A DNA stretch of 64,000 nucleotides from Selaginella moellendorffii. Its lineage: Eukaryota > Plantae > Lycopodiophyta. The stretch spans positions 3,916,451 through 3,980,450 of the forward strand of contig NW_003314263.1 of assembly GCF_000143415.4 (NCBI RefSeq), in the 5' to 3' direction. Shown here piece by piece: positions 33,240 to 43,991 of the stretch; the stretch's first letter is position 1, and every line of letters begins with the position of its first letter. The position numbers and the translations under genes are program-made. Below the pieces are notes generated by a model. It was not told the origin of the DNA. It did no database searches and saw only the letters and a program-made list of their open reading frames with translations.

Positions 33240-34097
33240 TTATGTTGATCTCCATATACAAGTTTGAGAGATAGTATTATATACAACTGCATAGCCAGTA
33301 TTCTCAACACAAAGTGCATAAGAAACCCAAACATTCTTGTGATATATATTATAGGACCAAATAATACTATTATTCATGTCATATATCACAAGATTTCCAT
33401 CTTTTTGTAATCTAAGGAAACATCGCTCACCTTTATTATTAGTTTTAGTGTCCCAAATTACAATTTTTTTATAATAAAGTACTAAATTACAATCAAGTTG
33501 CATATACAAATTATATAACTGATTTGGAGATTGAAGAAAAGCCCCATTTTTTAATTTTGAAAAGCTGGAATACTGTGGTCCACTTTTTATACAAGTATTA
33601 TAAAAATTACAGTCTTGCTCATGTTTATTGTTTACTGACATAAAATAGTTTTGCTGCAAAGGAAATGTGTAATCTTCATCTATGACATAAGATATAGAAA
33701 ATCTATAATATATGTATTCTGCAAAGCCATAAGTTACTAGATCATTTAAAACATAATTTTTCAAGAGAAACATAAATTCAGATTCTAAATATGATCCTGT
33801 ATTATACAAACGCAGATTCGGAATTATAGTACAAGTTATGACATATGTCTTAAAAGTATGATATACATCAAGAGCTGCTATTGTTATTAATAAGGAGCTA
33901 TAATCTTCATATATTACTTTAGAGTAAGAAAATCCTATGAACGATTCATCCCGTTTTCCAACTTCCTTTATAAGTTCTAGAATAATTGGTATAATGATTT
34001 TTTGTCTATAACTAATTGTAATAGCATTTGGGTATTCATAGTTTTTAATTAAGCAGTAACACTGTAAGCATAAAGATAAAAACAAAACAAATATCAT
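33240..34097 (-). CDS. Secreted protein with a C-terminal bulb-type mannose-binding lectin domain
   Basis: Intronless 285-aa ORF with a hydrophobic N-terminus. MQLDCNLVLY and LQKDGNLVIY match QxDxNxVxY. Very AT-rich. Confidence 0.85.
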   Translation of the reverse strand: MIFVLFLSLCLQCYCLIKNYEYPNAITISYRQKIIIPIILELIKEVGKRDESFIGFSYSKVIYEDYSSLLITIAALDVYHTFKTYVITCTIIPNLRLYNTGSYLESEFMFLLKNYVLNDLVTYGFAEYIYYRFSISYVIDEDYTFPLQQNYFMSVNNKHEQDCNFYNTCIKSGPQYSSFSKLKNGAFLQSPNQLYNLYMQLDCNLVLYYKKIVIWDTKTNNKGERCFLRLQKDGNLVIYDMNNSIIWSYNIYHKNVWVSYALCVENTGYAVVYNTISQTCIWRST

Positions 34098-35051
34098 GAA
34101 GTACTAAATTAACATCATCTTGTTCTATCATCTATTTAATAAGAATTACTCTCTTTTATTAATGCTGTTACAAATTTAAGACCTAACTTTAACTATAATT
34201 TAAAAATAGCTAGTTTCAAACTTTATCTAATAATTTTATACTTTTCCAAGTATATTTTGTGTATATTATTACTTTTCACCAAAAAAAATTTCTACTAATA
34301 GATAACGTAGCTTTTTCTTTATTTAAAAAGTAATACTCTCTCATCAGTATTGTCAGTTTTTATATTTTACTCTATATTTTATATTTTATATTCTAAATAA
34401 ATAACTGTATTCTTTATTCATTTTACATGGCCCATCCTAAAAGTTGAAAATTAGAACTTTATATTTTATAAAATTTTCAAGAGTTGTTAAGAACTCAAAC
34501 TTTGATTATAGTGGAATTAACTGAGAACTTAGTATACTTCAAGTATTATCAAATAGATGAGTATAGTTAGACTTTCTTTAATTTGTAAGTCTTTTTTACA
34601 CTAGATACTTTCTAATTATAGACATAAAGTTAAGTTTATGTTGTTATGGTATGTATGTATGACCTGTTTTAGATCTTATAGTGCCCATCTGAGATAAGCC
34701 ACTTTTTTAAAGAGTTTTTATGCTAGAAATATTTTCTTATTTATATTTTTTTTAAATGTAATTTTTAAATTATTAATTATAAATAAATGCTATTAAAATG
34801 AAGATAACTGTTTATAAGATTTTAATTCTAAAGTGATACATATATACTACTACTAATAATAATAAAAAAACTTTTAATGTTTTGATTTGTATCATTTGTA
34901 TAATACAGGGATATATTAATCTGAATTCACAATTCTTTTAACAATTATATTATTTGGTAGCTTATGCGTTTCAAAATAAACATACTATATATATCTTATA
35001 CCATAGATATATGTGATAGAAATAAAGTGCAAATTATATATTTATTATAAT

Positions 35052-36650
35052 TTATTTAAAGCTCTCTCTAAAACAAGATGCTCCAAGGAAACACCTCCAT
35101 TCTAAAGCCTGGGGAATAAAAGGCATGTTGGTAATTAAATCTTTAGCCATGACAAGATGGCTAGATCGACCCAGCAAATCAATTGCACAACAGTAATGTT
35201 GGCTTGTGGGTTGAATGCCGAAGTCAAAACTCATAGACAGAAATCTAGCTCTCCCTTGAAACAATTTTCCAGCATGGCTAGAGGCAAGAAAAATTATGCT
35301 GAAGCATATTTCATCTGGCTCCTCAGTCAGGCATAAAGAACCAAAACTATACAAAACATTATCAAACTGTCCGGCTTGGGCATATGTTGCAAGAAGCGTG
35401 TTCCAAGAAACTACATCTTTATCTAGCATTTGATTAAAATAATTCTTACAGTGCTCAACTTGAAATATTCTGGAATAAACAAAAAGCATTACATTACAAG
35501 TGACAAGATCTCTTTCGGGACTTCCGTTGAACAAATGAAAGGCCTCCTCCCAGTAGCCATTCTGGGCATATCCAGAGAGCATACAATTAAAAGAAGAAAT
35601 GTTCCACTCTGGCATTGTGTCAAAAGTTTTTCTTGCTTGATCAATGTAGCCATTATGTGAGTAAGTGGAAAGCAATGTATTGAAGAGCAAAAGGCTCTTG
35701 TGTGGAGTTTGATCAAACACGAGCTTTGCCAGCTCCAGGTTTTGATGGATCGAGCACGCACTGATCATTGCAGCAGCGGAGGCTAAGTCATGCTGAGGTG
35801 ACGAATCAAACAACCGCTTCGATCGCCCAAGATCCTTCTCATGGCTGAGCATCATAGTGATCGAAACTAAGCTCTTTCCTGGCATTGACTCAAAAAATTC
35901 TCTAGTCCCCTCAGATCTCTCTCCCTGGACAAGAGCGGCCAGCATTGTATTGAGAGAAACAAGGCTATGGAACGGCATCTCACGGAAAATCTTGCAAACA
36001 AATTCTAGATATCCCTTTTGGGCATATGCAGTAAGAAGCGTGTTCCATGACACGACATCAACCTCAGGCATTGATTCGAACAATTCTTTTGCTTCTTCAA
36101 TGCGGCCGTAAGCGGCATGGGCGTTTAGGATTACATTCCACGTAACGAGCGTCCACTCTGGCATTGCAAAGAACATGTCCCTAGATAAGAACAAATGCCC
36201 CTTTTCGGCAAGTGCCTTTAGAACAGTTGTCATTGACACAAGATCTCTTTCTGGCATGTTTTGGAAGAAATCTCTAACTTGGCTCAAGCTACTGTTCTTG
36301 CAAAATGCAGCCAGAAGCGAGTTCCAAGATACCAGATCCCACTCGGGCATCTGGCGGAAGAAATCAAAGGCCTGATGGAACTCCCCGGCCTGGACATGGG
36401 CCGCTAGCATAGCGTTCCACGACACAATACTGCGCTGCGGCATCCTGAGAAATATGACCTTGGCGCTGCTGGAATTCCTGCTAGAGGCCATGGCGGAAAG
36501 AATGGTGTTCCAGGCAAGAAGATTGGGAGCGGGCATTTGCTCAAAGAGGAGCTGAGCGTCGCGAACTCGCCCATCGCGAGCGCGTGAGGAGATTTTTCGC
36601 ACCCAAGCAGAAGAATCGTCAATTGTCCCGGTCGAGCAAAAGCCTTCCAT
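35052..36650 (-). CDS. PLS-class PPR protein, SS-motif array with truncated E domain
   Basis: 31-aa repeats (MPEWDLVSWNSLL...), HYCCAIDLLGRSSHL...MPFIP; no DYW domain. Confidence 0.9.
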   Translation of the reverse strand: MEGFCSTGTIDDSSAWVRKISSRARDGRVRDAQLLFEQMPAPNLLAWNTILSAMASSRNSSSAKVIFLRMPQRSIVSWNAMLAAHVQAGEFHQAFDFFRQMPEWDLVSWNSLLAAFCKNSSLSQVRDFFQNMPERDLVSMTTVLKALAEKGHLFLSRDMFFAMPEWTLVTWNVILNAHAAYGRIEEAKELFESMPEVDVVSWNTLLTAYAQKGYLEFVCKIFREMPFHSLVSLNTMLAALVQGERSEGTREFFESMPGKSLVSITMMLSHEKDLGRSKRLFDSSPQHDLASAAAMISACSIHQNLELAKLVFDQTPHKSLLLFNTLLSTYSHNGYIDQARKTFDTMPEWNISSFNCMLSGYAQNGYWEEAFHLFNGSPERDLVTCNVMLFVYSRIFQVEHCKNYFNQMLDKDVVSWNTLLATYAQAGQFDNVLYSFGSLCLTEEPDEICFSIIFLASSHAGKLFQGRARFLSMSFDFGIQPTSQHYCCAIDLLGRSSHLVMAKDLITNMPFIPQALEWRCFLGASCFRESFK

Positions 36651-36789
36651 GAAAGCTTACGGTCTCTTTAGTAAAGGGATAGAATGTGGACAACAATGGC
36701 GCCGCAAGCAAAACTCTTGGCTTCTTTCCTATCTGTTCTCACAGAGATTAAGATGCTTACATCAAAACGGTGCTCGGATCCACTGTGCG

Positions 36790-36862
36790 CGAACATCTCG
36801 AGAGTGGTCGCAAGCCGGACAGTGGTCTGAACAGCGATGCGATGTTTTTCGTCCATTTGCTA
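36790..36862 (+). pseudogene. Short ARM-gene fragment
   Basis: aacatctcgagag...gaacagcgatgcgatgttttt..gtccatttgct matches the ARM exon around 39305-39378 (minus strand). Confidence 0.65.
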
Positions 36863-37129
36863 GAATAGAGCACGGAACCCTAAAATTCAAATGGGCATAT
36901 CCGAGGACCTTGGATCTAATGCCTTTGATCTCATGAACATGCAGTGGTAAGATGCGAGAGATTTCATGAAAGATTTGGTGTGTCGAATCTATGTGACCTT
37001 TTGTAACCAAGCATCTTTTTAATGAAGTTATTTCTACTGTTGCTAAACTTAAATCCTATTTAAAGATTAAATATAAAACTTTAGTTATAATTTATTTGGT
37101 GATTAAATCTTGACCTTGATAGTGCTTAT

Positions 37130-39030
37130 CCATTCCATCTGGCTAAAACCAAATATGTCCAACTTGAAATATTCTTGGACAACCAGCATGTAATGTCATC
37201 AATAGCTTCCTACAATTAAACTCTTGACAATGTTATCCTTGAATAAGTAGAAAGCAGGGCATTGAAGAGCAAAGGCCCTTGTGTGTCAAACACGCAGCTT
37301 CAAGTGGATAGAGCACTCACTGAACATTGCATGCTGAGGAGACTAATCAAACAACAAGCTTTGATTGCCCAAGATCATTTTCATGAGCGGGCATTACGAA
37401 ACATGCAGATATCCCTTTTTCTTATGCAGCGAGTTGCGTGTTCCATGACCTCTAGCATCAAAGTCAAACACTTGCTTTGCTTCTTCTACGGGACAGTAAG
37501 CCGTGCATTTAAGATTATGTTCCACGTAGTGAGCGTTCACTCTTCTCTGGCATTGTAAAGAACATCTCCCGAGATAAACCAAATGCCCTCTTTCGGCAAG
37601 TGCCTAAGAACAGTTACAAGATCCCTCTCTCGCATGTTTTGGAAGAACATTATAGGGTTCCACGATACCACATCCCACTGGTGGAAGAAATCATAGGCTT
37701 GATGGAATCCCCTGGCCTGAAAGACACAATACTGCACTGCGCCATCCTGAGAAATATGGCATTGCTGAAATTCCCGAGCAGGTGAACATGGTTTTTTTTG
37801 CAGAAAACCATAGTGTGGGTCATTTGGTCTCAATTTTACACTAGGTTAACAGTAGGTTGGTAAGGTATATTTTTCAACTAAAAAATATATCAATAAAGAA
37901 TAATTTACCTTCTATATAAAGTTATATAGAGAAAATATGTGAAAAAGGAAACACCAGATGAAAATCTTGTAGATCTCTGTTAGCTATACCAAATTATTGT
38001 TGAAGTTGTGATGAGGGTGGTGGAGTTAGCACTTAGCTATGGTATATTATAATCATGTAGTGCTCATTTTTTAACTCAATTAGAAAAATATTTGATGTTA
38101 AAATTCATAATATAAAACCACTTCCAGTCCATTTAGATTCATAATTTAAAACCACTTTGTAAGTACAGAAAACTATTCTAAACCATAAACACGAAACTCT
38201 ATCAAAATCATAAACATAATTTATTGTGTAGGTTTACTTGTATTTTAAACATTTTATATTATTATAATATATAATTTTAATAGAGATATTAATAGAATTT
38301 TTTTTTTGACATAGAGAATGTTTAATTTCTATTTCACACATTGCACACTTCTAGTTTATCAAATTCAAGCTTTTAATAGGGACTTGCTGTTATGATGAAG
38401 TTATTAACACCTCTCTTTCTATGAAAGATAATAGAATGTCTAATAAAATTCTTGATTACTTTTTATATTACTCTTTGAACTCTAATCATCACCAGCAATG
38501 ACCTATATTGGAGAATCTATAACTAAAGAAAAGAAAAAAGAATAAAGAGTTCTACACTCAACAGAATAATGTCCTCACTAAGAAATTAAGGGTATTTGAC
38601 TGGAAGATATTAAATGTCAATGCCCTCCAAAAAGAAAAAGAATTCTACTTTAGATAAACAATGATTGGCAATCTTTATCCGATGAAGAGAAGCTAATGAC
38701 AACATTCTATTGCTCAAACATAATCAACCATTGTTGTTTAAATTTTTTTTATAAATTATAAATATGCTTTTAATTTATAAATGCAAAATTATGAATGTGA
38801 TATTATAATCCATATTATTTACAATGGAAATTTTCATATAAACACCATCCAAAGTCCAACATTTAATCATGTGAACGATTATGAAAAACCATGTTTATTA
38901 GGCAAACAATGGTCACCGGCTCCCTGTGCTAGTGGCCATGGCGGAAAGAATAAGAAGCAGGCATTTGCTCAAAGAGGAGCTGAGCGTCTCGATATTGCGA
39001 GCGCGTAAGTCAATCAAAAGCCTTCCATGG
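37130..39030 (-). pseudogene. Degenerate tandem copy of PPR 35052-36650, split by a ~1 kb AT-rich insert (~37830-38890)
   Basis: 38927-39030 matches 36480-36650 (ggccatggcggaaagaat, gctcaaagaggagctgagcgtc, caaaagccttccatg). 37150-37780 matches 35450-36480 with many deletions. Confidence 0.85.
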
Positions 39031-39054
39031 GCATGCCACCTTTTCTTTGAAAGT

Positions 39055-40067
39055 TTATTGTTGCGAGAGGGAAGTAAAAAGAGTTCTAACCTCTTGAGTG
39101 AAAAAAATGTTATGAACGATGCTTGCCAGCATGATATTTCTCATTGCTCGCACAATGCTAGCCCGTTTCTTATAACAGGTATGTGAGTCTCTCCCCAGCA
39201 AGTTTAGCAGGGCTCCCGCGGCGCAAACCTGTGGAAAGATCTTTCTAGCAATTCTAGTTCGTGTTTCTCGCAAGTTACCTGTGTTTGAAGCTCGGAGCTG
39301 CCAAGCAAATGGACCAAGGAAAACATCGCGTCGCTGTTCCGGATCATCGTCCTGCTCGCAATCTCTCTCGAGATGTTTTGGAGAGCGCCGGCAGCTGACC
39401 CGCAAATGCCGAGTTGCCGGCTCTGGAGCAGCCGTATGAGTGATTTGATTCCACCCTTCTTGCGAATCTCGCGAATGGCTTCGCCGTCGGAGCTTATGTT
39501 GTGCAAAGCGCCAGTTGCTCGAGCTCTCACCTGAAAAGAAACTTTTGCTAGATAGAGATGTGAAGGAAGAACGTTGGAGAGTTTACTCACGCTCTGGGAT
39601 TTGGACGAGAGCAATTGGACAAGTATCGCGATTGCTCCCAGCGTTCGCACGATCTGGCGGCCTTTTGGGTGGAAGCAAATGCTCTGTAGCGCTCCAGCGG
39701 CGTTGGCCTGGAGCTCTTCTTCCGTGGATATGAGCAGCTCAATCTAATGTCACAACTGTGAGAAAGGACAAACAAAAAAGAAGAAAAGAGATTTTCTCAC
39801 CAGAATCGCGGCGCCATTGTTGTTTAGAACGAGCTCCACATTCTGCCTCTCATAGCACAGATTGAGTATAACATTCGCCCCCTCTGCTGCGATCGCCGCT
39901 GGCAAAGATCTGTCCCCCAAGCAATCGAGCAATTCGCCCATGTACTGCTGGCCCAGCACTACCCTCTGCCCCTTCTTTCTCGTCAGGACCTTCAACTGCA
40001 TCATAAAAGGGAGCAACTCTTGCGGCTCCACTGCCCCAAGATCGCCCAACGCCATGGCCCCAGCCAT
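39055..40067 (-). CDS. Small armadillo-repeat protein (~260 aa), spliced
   Basis: ANAAGALQSIC, RARATGALHNIS, GGIKSLIRLL, SAAGALQNIS, CAAGALLNL. Confidence 0.85.
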
Positions 40068-40132
40068 GGCCCTGCCCAAGAACCCTAAATTCAAATCAAA
40101 AACCACGCGCGAAAAGCAGCCACGTGGACGGC

Positions 40133-41452
40133 TCAGATCAGCCTCTCATGGCTCTTGTATGCTCCCACCAAGCCCAGCCAGTCCATCGTCTCTGGCACAA
40201 AGGGCATCGTCTGGAGAAGCTCTTCCGCCTCGATCAATCGCCCAGATCGCGCAAGAAGATCGGCCATGGAGGAGTAGTGTCGCTTGGCTGGAGCTAGATC
40301 GTAGTCCAGGATCAAGGATCTAAAGCACCCAATTCCAGAGGAGAGATCGCCGGAATGGTTGGAGCCCAGAAGAACGCAGCAAGAAGAGGAGTTCCGGGGC
40401 AAGAATCCCTCCATCGCCATTTGATAGAGGAGCTGCAATGCCGAGAAAGAATCCCCACTCTGGGCAATTGTGAGAGCCATGGCATTCCACGAGACCGTGT
40501 CTCGCTCGGGCAAGCGATCAAACCACGAATTCGCTCTAGCTTCGTCACCACTCTGGGATATTGCCGTGAGAATCGCGGTGGAGGCCGCGAGATCTCTTTC
40601 CGGCATTGCCCAAAAGAGATTGATCGCGTGATCTAGATGCCAAAACCGGGCATTTGCTATGATGATCGCAGTCCAAGAGATGGCGTCCCACACCGGCATC
40701 GCTGCTAGGAATTCTCTACAGATTTCTAAATATCCTGATCGTGAACACTCTTGGAGGAGCTCGTTGCTCAAGACGAGGTCGTGCTCCGGCATCGAGAAGA
40801 AGAGATGTTTTGCCCAATCCAGATGGCCGCTCTGGGCAGCCGTGCCAAGAAGCGCTGTGTAGGACACGATGTCGCGTTCTTCCATGAGATCGAAGATGTT
40901 CTTCGCGAATTCCAGATCCAGGGCCCTGGATGCCGCCGCCAGCACCGAATTCCACGCGATCAAATCGCCCTCCGGGAGTGATTCCAGCAGCAACACCACA
41001 ATCTCCCGCCGCTGTGCCACCGCGAGGATCGTCGTGAAGGAGATCACGTCCCATGCCGGCATTGCGTGGAAGAACGACCACGATCCCACGAAATCCCCTG
41101 CCCTGGAGTAGGCATCTAGCATCGCGTTCCAAGATCGTAAGCTCTTGTCCGGCGATTCATCGAAAACGGCCCTGGCGCTGGCCAGATCCCCGGCGCGAGA
41201 GAAGGCGCACAGCATCAAGAACCACGAGAAGGAGTTCTTGGCAGAGATTTCGCGAAAGATCTGGTGCGCGAGATCGACGCGGCCGCAGCGCGCGTGGAGC
41301 TGGATCAAGAGATTCTCGAGGAAGACGATCGAGCCCTTGGCATTGCCCTGGTGGAGGAGGAGAATCCTCGCGTGCGCCGCCCTAGCCTGTGACTCTGTCC
41401 GGGAAGATCGAATGAGATCCACGCATTCCTTTAAGCCTCCCACCATTACCAT
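40133..41452 (-). CDS. PLS-class PPR protein (SS motifs, E domain, no DYW)
   Basis: Intronless 439-aa ORF with PPR repeats and HYSSMADLLARSGRLIEAEELLQTMPF. Confidence 0.9.
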   Translation of the reverse strand: MVMVGGLKECVDLIRSSRTESQARAAHARILLLHQGNAKGSIVFLENLLIQLHARCGRVDLAHQIFREISAKNSFSWFLMLCAFSRAGDLASARAVFDESPDKSLRSWNAMLDAYSRAGDFVGSWSFFHAMPAWDVISFTTILAVAQRREIVVLLLESLPEGDLIAWNSVLAAASRALDLEFAKNIFDLMEERDIVSYTALLGTAAQSGHLDWAKHLFFSMPEHDLVLSNELLQECSRSGYLEICREFLAAMPVWDAISWTAIIIANARFWHLDHAINLFWAMPERDLAASTAILTAISQSGDEARANSWFDRLPERDTVSWNAMALTIAQSGDSFSALQLLYQMAMEGFLPRNSSSCCVLLGSNHSGDLSSGIGCFRSLILDYDLAPAKRHYSSMADLLARSGRLIEAEELLQTMPFVPETMDWLGLVGAYKSHERLI

Positions 41453-41782
41453 TTGGGGCTTCTTTCATATTTTAGGGTTCTTCGAGATCTTTCTGGATGG
41501 CGCTCAGTGCTGCGGCTTGGCGGTGCTGTCGATCGCAATTCCAGGTAACATTTTCGAGGAATTTCTCTTGTCCAGATCGAAATTCTCTCTTTTCTCGCAG
41601 TAGTTCCTCAAGCATTACCGATCGAGCGCTTCTTTTCGGCCTTTGCTCGCCCAGGTTCTCTTCCTCGCTCGAAAATTTCCAGTCCACATTGTGTGATTCC
41701 TTTGCAGCCGCGATCCAAGACGCAGCACGCAAATCTTCCTCACTACTTGCGGCGATTCTTGCACCGGTCGAGTGATTCTTCC

Positions 41783-42847
41783 ATGGCTTCTTCTCATGCA
41801 GCTGGTCAAAACGGGCGCAAGGTGGAGGAGGAGGAGACGCATGGGAGCACTACCAAGGATTTGATCACAGTCCCGACGATGCTCACTGGCGCAAGAGTGG
41901 TGGCAGTACCAGCCTTAATCTTTGGTAAGATTTTTCCTCACTGTTCACACTAAAAGTTGTTCTTTCTTTTTCTCTTTGCTAGTGTTCTTTAGCAACCAGG
42001 AGTGGGCATCTGTAGCGAGTACTGGGATCTTCGTGGGAGCTGCTCTGACGGATTGGCTGGATGGGTACCTGGCACGAAAGGTGGGACGATGATTTTTTTC
42101 ATTAGCCGCAAACTATGTTGATCGTTCTCAGTGCCTGCTTGCAGACGAATGCTGCAATCAGTGGTACAAGAATTTGACACTCTTTTTGAATGGCAGATGA
42201 AACTCGACTCGGCATTTGGCGCATTCTTGGATCCTGTCGCGGACAAGGTGAGTTGTATAGTCTTTACATTGCTTTGGAGTTATCCTTCTCTCTTTTTTTC
42301 CAGCTTATGGTTGCTACAGCCTTGATTCTACTGTGCACAAGGCCTCTCGCGGCTGCCTGGTTTGTAGACATCCCGTGGCTGATTCCATTGCCGGCAGCAC
42401 TTATGATCAGCAGAGAGGTTTTTTCTCCTCTCCTCTTCTCATCTCTTTAAAGTTTAAGCTTTTGTTTGCAGATTATTATTTCGGCTGTAAGGGAATGGGC
42501 AGCTCTCCAAGGACTCAACAAGGTGGAAAACTTCAAATATTTCGTCCTTCATTGTCGCTAAAATCTTTTGTTTGTAGGTGGTTGCTGTGGACAAGCTTGG
42601 CAAGCTCAAGACCGCGACGCAAATGGTGTCACTGACTTTCCTTTTGGCATTTGGAGACGCAAGGTATTCAAAAACAACACCGATGAAACCGTTAGTAACT
42701 CTACTTCACAGGACTGGAATGGAAGCTTATCTCAGCGGTTTTGGAGTGGGGCTTCTCTACCTATCTACAGGCCTGTCGTTGGTATCTCTCTCTGGTTACA
42801 TGAGGAAACTATGGCGTAGCATGAAGTTGAGGCAAAAGACTGGATAA
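41783..42847 (+). CDS. CDP-diacylglycerol-glycerol-3-phosphate phosphatidyltransferase (PGP synthase family)
   Basis: TVPTMLT..R, TDWLDGYLARK, FGAFLDPVADK, REIIISAVREW, GKLKTATQM. The true start may be upstream (ATG 41497, transit-peptide-like, in a different frame). Confidence 0.88.
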
Positions 42848-42850
42848 ATT

Positions 42851-43839
42851 CTACTCGGACTCAGTACCCGATGGCTCAGAATCACCATCGTCGTCGTCAT
42901 CTTCATCTCCGGTATCAGAACTTGGATCTTGATCTTCGCCTTGCTCATCCTTTCGTGGTGTTTTAGGCAGCGATTTAGACGAGCCTTTCTCCATCTAGCC
43001 CGACACAAGTTTGAGAGGTGATGCGAATTAAACGAGATTATCATACCGCTCGGAGTAAGGTTCGCTTGTCTCGCTCACGAAGGTTACCGAGTGCCTGTAG
43101 AGAACTCGAGCTTTAAATCGAGTAAAGTTTCGTTCACTACTGACCTGTTCGAGTTGCTTTCGTTCATTCGCTTCCTCTTCAGCGTTCCTGTCGATCGCGC
43201 GAGCAAAACTATCAATCGAAGTATCAAGATCTTAGCTACCTTCCAACAACGGGGAGATTGGACTGGCAGCATTTCGCGCAAGCGTTCTTCTCTTTCGCGC
43301 AGGCTGTCAAGGAAAGTTGGAAAGAGAAAACCAAAAGAATCGATGGAACCTGAGCAAAACTTGTGATAAGCTTGGCGAATTACTCGCTTCCCACATTGTT
43401 GGCTGTGATTCTTGCAAGTTCACCAGTAAAACAATCAAGAAAAAGTTTCGCGAGAAAGGAGTACATACCATTTGGCGGGCTCGACTAAAGCCTTATACTT
43501 CCCATATCTAGAAGCTCGAAACAACCAAAGAACAAAGAATGAGAAGGAGGAATGCAATTCCCACAAAGATTACCTGCGACGCCATTCGATCTTGTCCTTG
43601 CAGCGCGCGCAAACTCCAGTGATCGCGGGGTATGGATGCATCTTGCCTCCAAGCTCCTGTTCGATCGCTCTAGAAACGAGACGGAGAAACACAAACAAAC
43701 CTTGTCGTTCTTCTTCACTCCTTTGTTGGGTTTCCACGCAGTCCTGACAGAGAATCGTGAGCTTTAAACCTCAAAAATCTCTCACTCACGTATTCTGGTG
43801 CTTGGGCGGGCCTCTCCGCGACGCTGCTCCACTCGACAT
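42851..43839 (-). CDS. C9orf85/DUF2039 homolog (not evident in the ORF track; many small exons)
   Basis: Spliced translation MSSGAASRRGPPKHQNTTAWKPNKG...GVCARCKDKIEWRRRYGKYKAL..PAKCQQCGKRVIRQAYHKFCSACAKEKNACAKC plus an acidic tail; TAG at 42851. Confidence 0.88.
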
Positions 43840-43857
43840 TGGCGCTGGAGTTCTAGA

Positions 43858-43975
43858 CTAGGGTTTATGCCTAGTTGGCAACACATCAGATTTAGGGCTA
43901 ACGTGGCGCCAAAAGGTCGGGATTACGTCAGTAGCAGACGTGGCACTCGAGTCAGATTTAGGGCAAACGTGGCTC
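43858..43975. promoter_or_regulatory. Compact promoter with a telo-box-like site and three ACGTGGC (ABRE/G-box) elements
   Basis: tagggttt at ~43859. ACGTGGC at ~43901, 43938 and 43967, two of them inside a duplicated cagatttagggc(t/a)aacgtggc. Confidence 0.5.
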
Positions 43976-43991
43976 TTGTTTAACCGGACTT

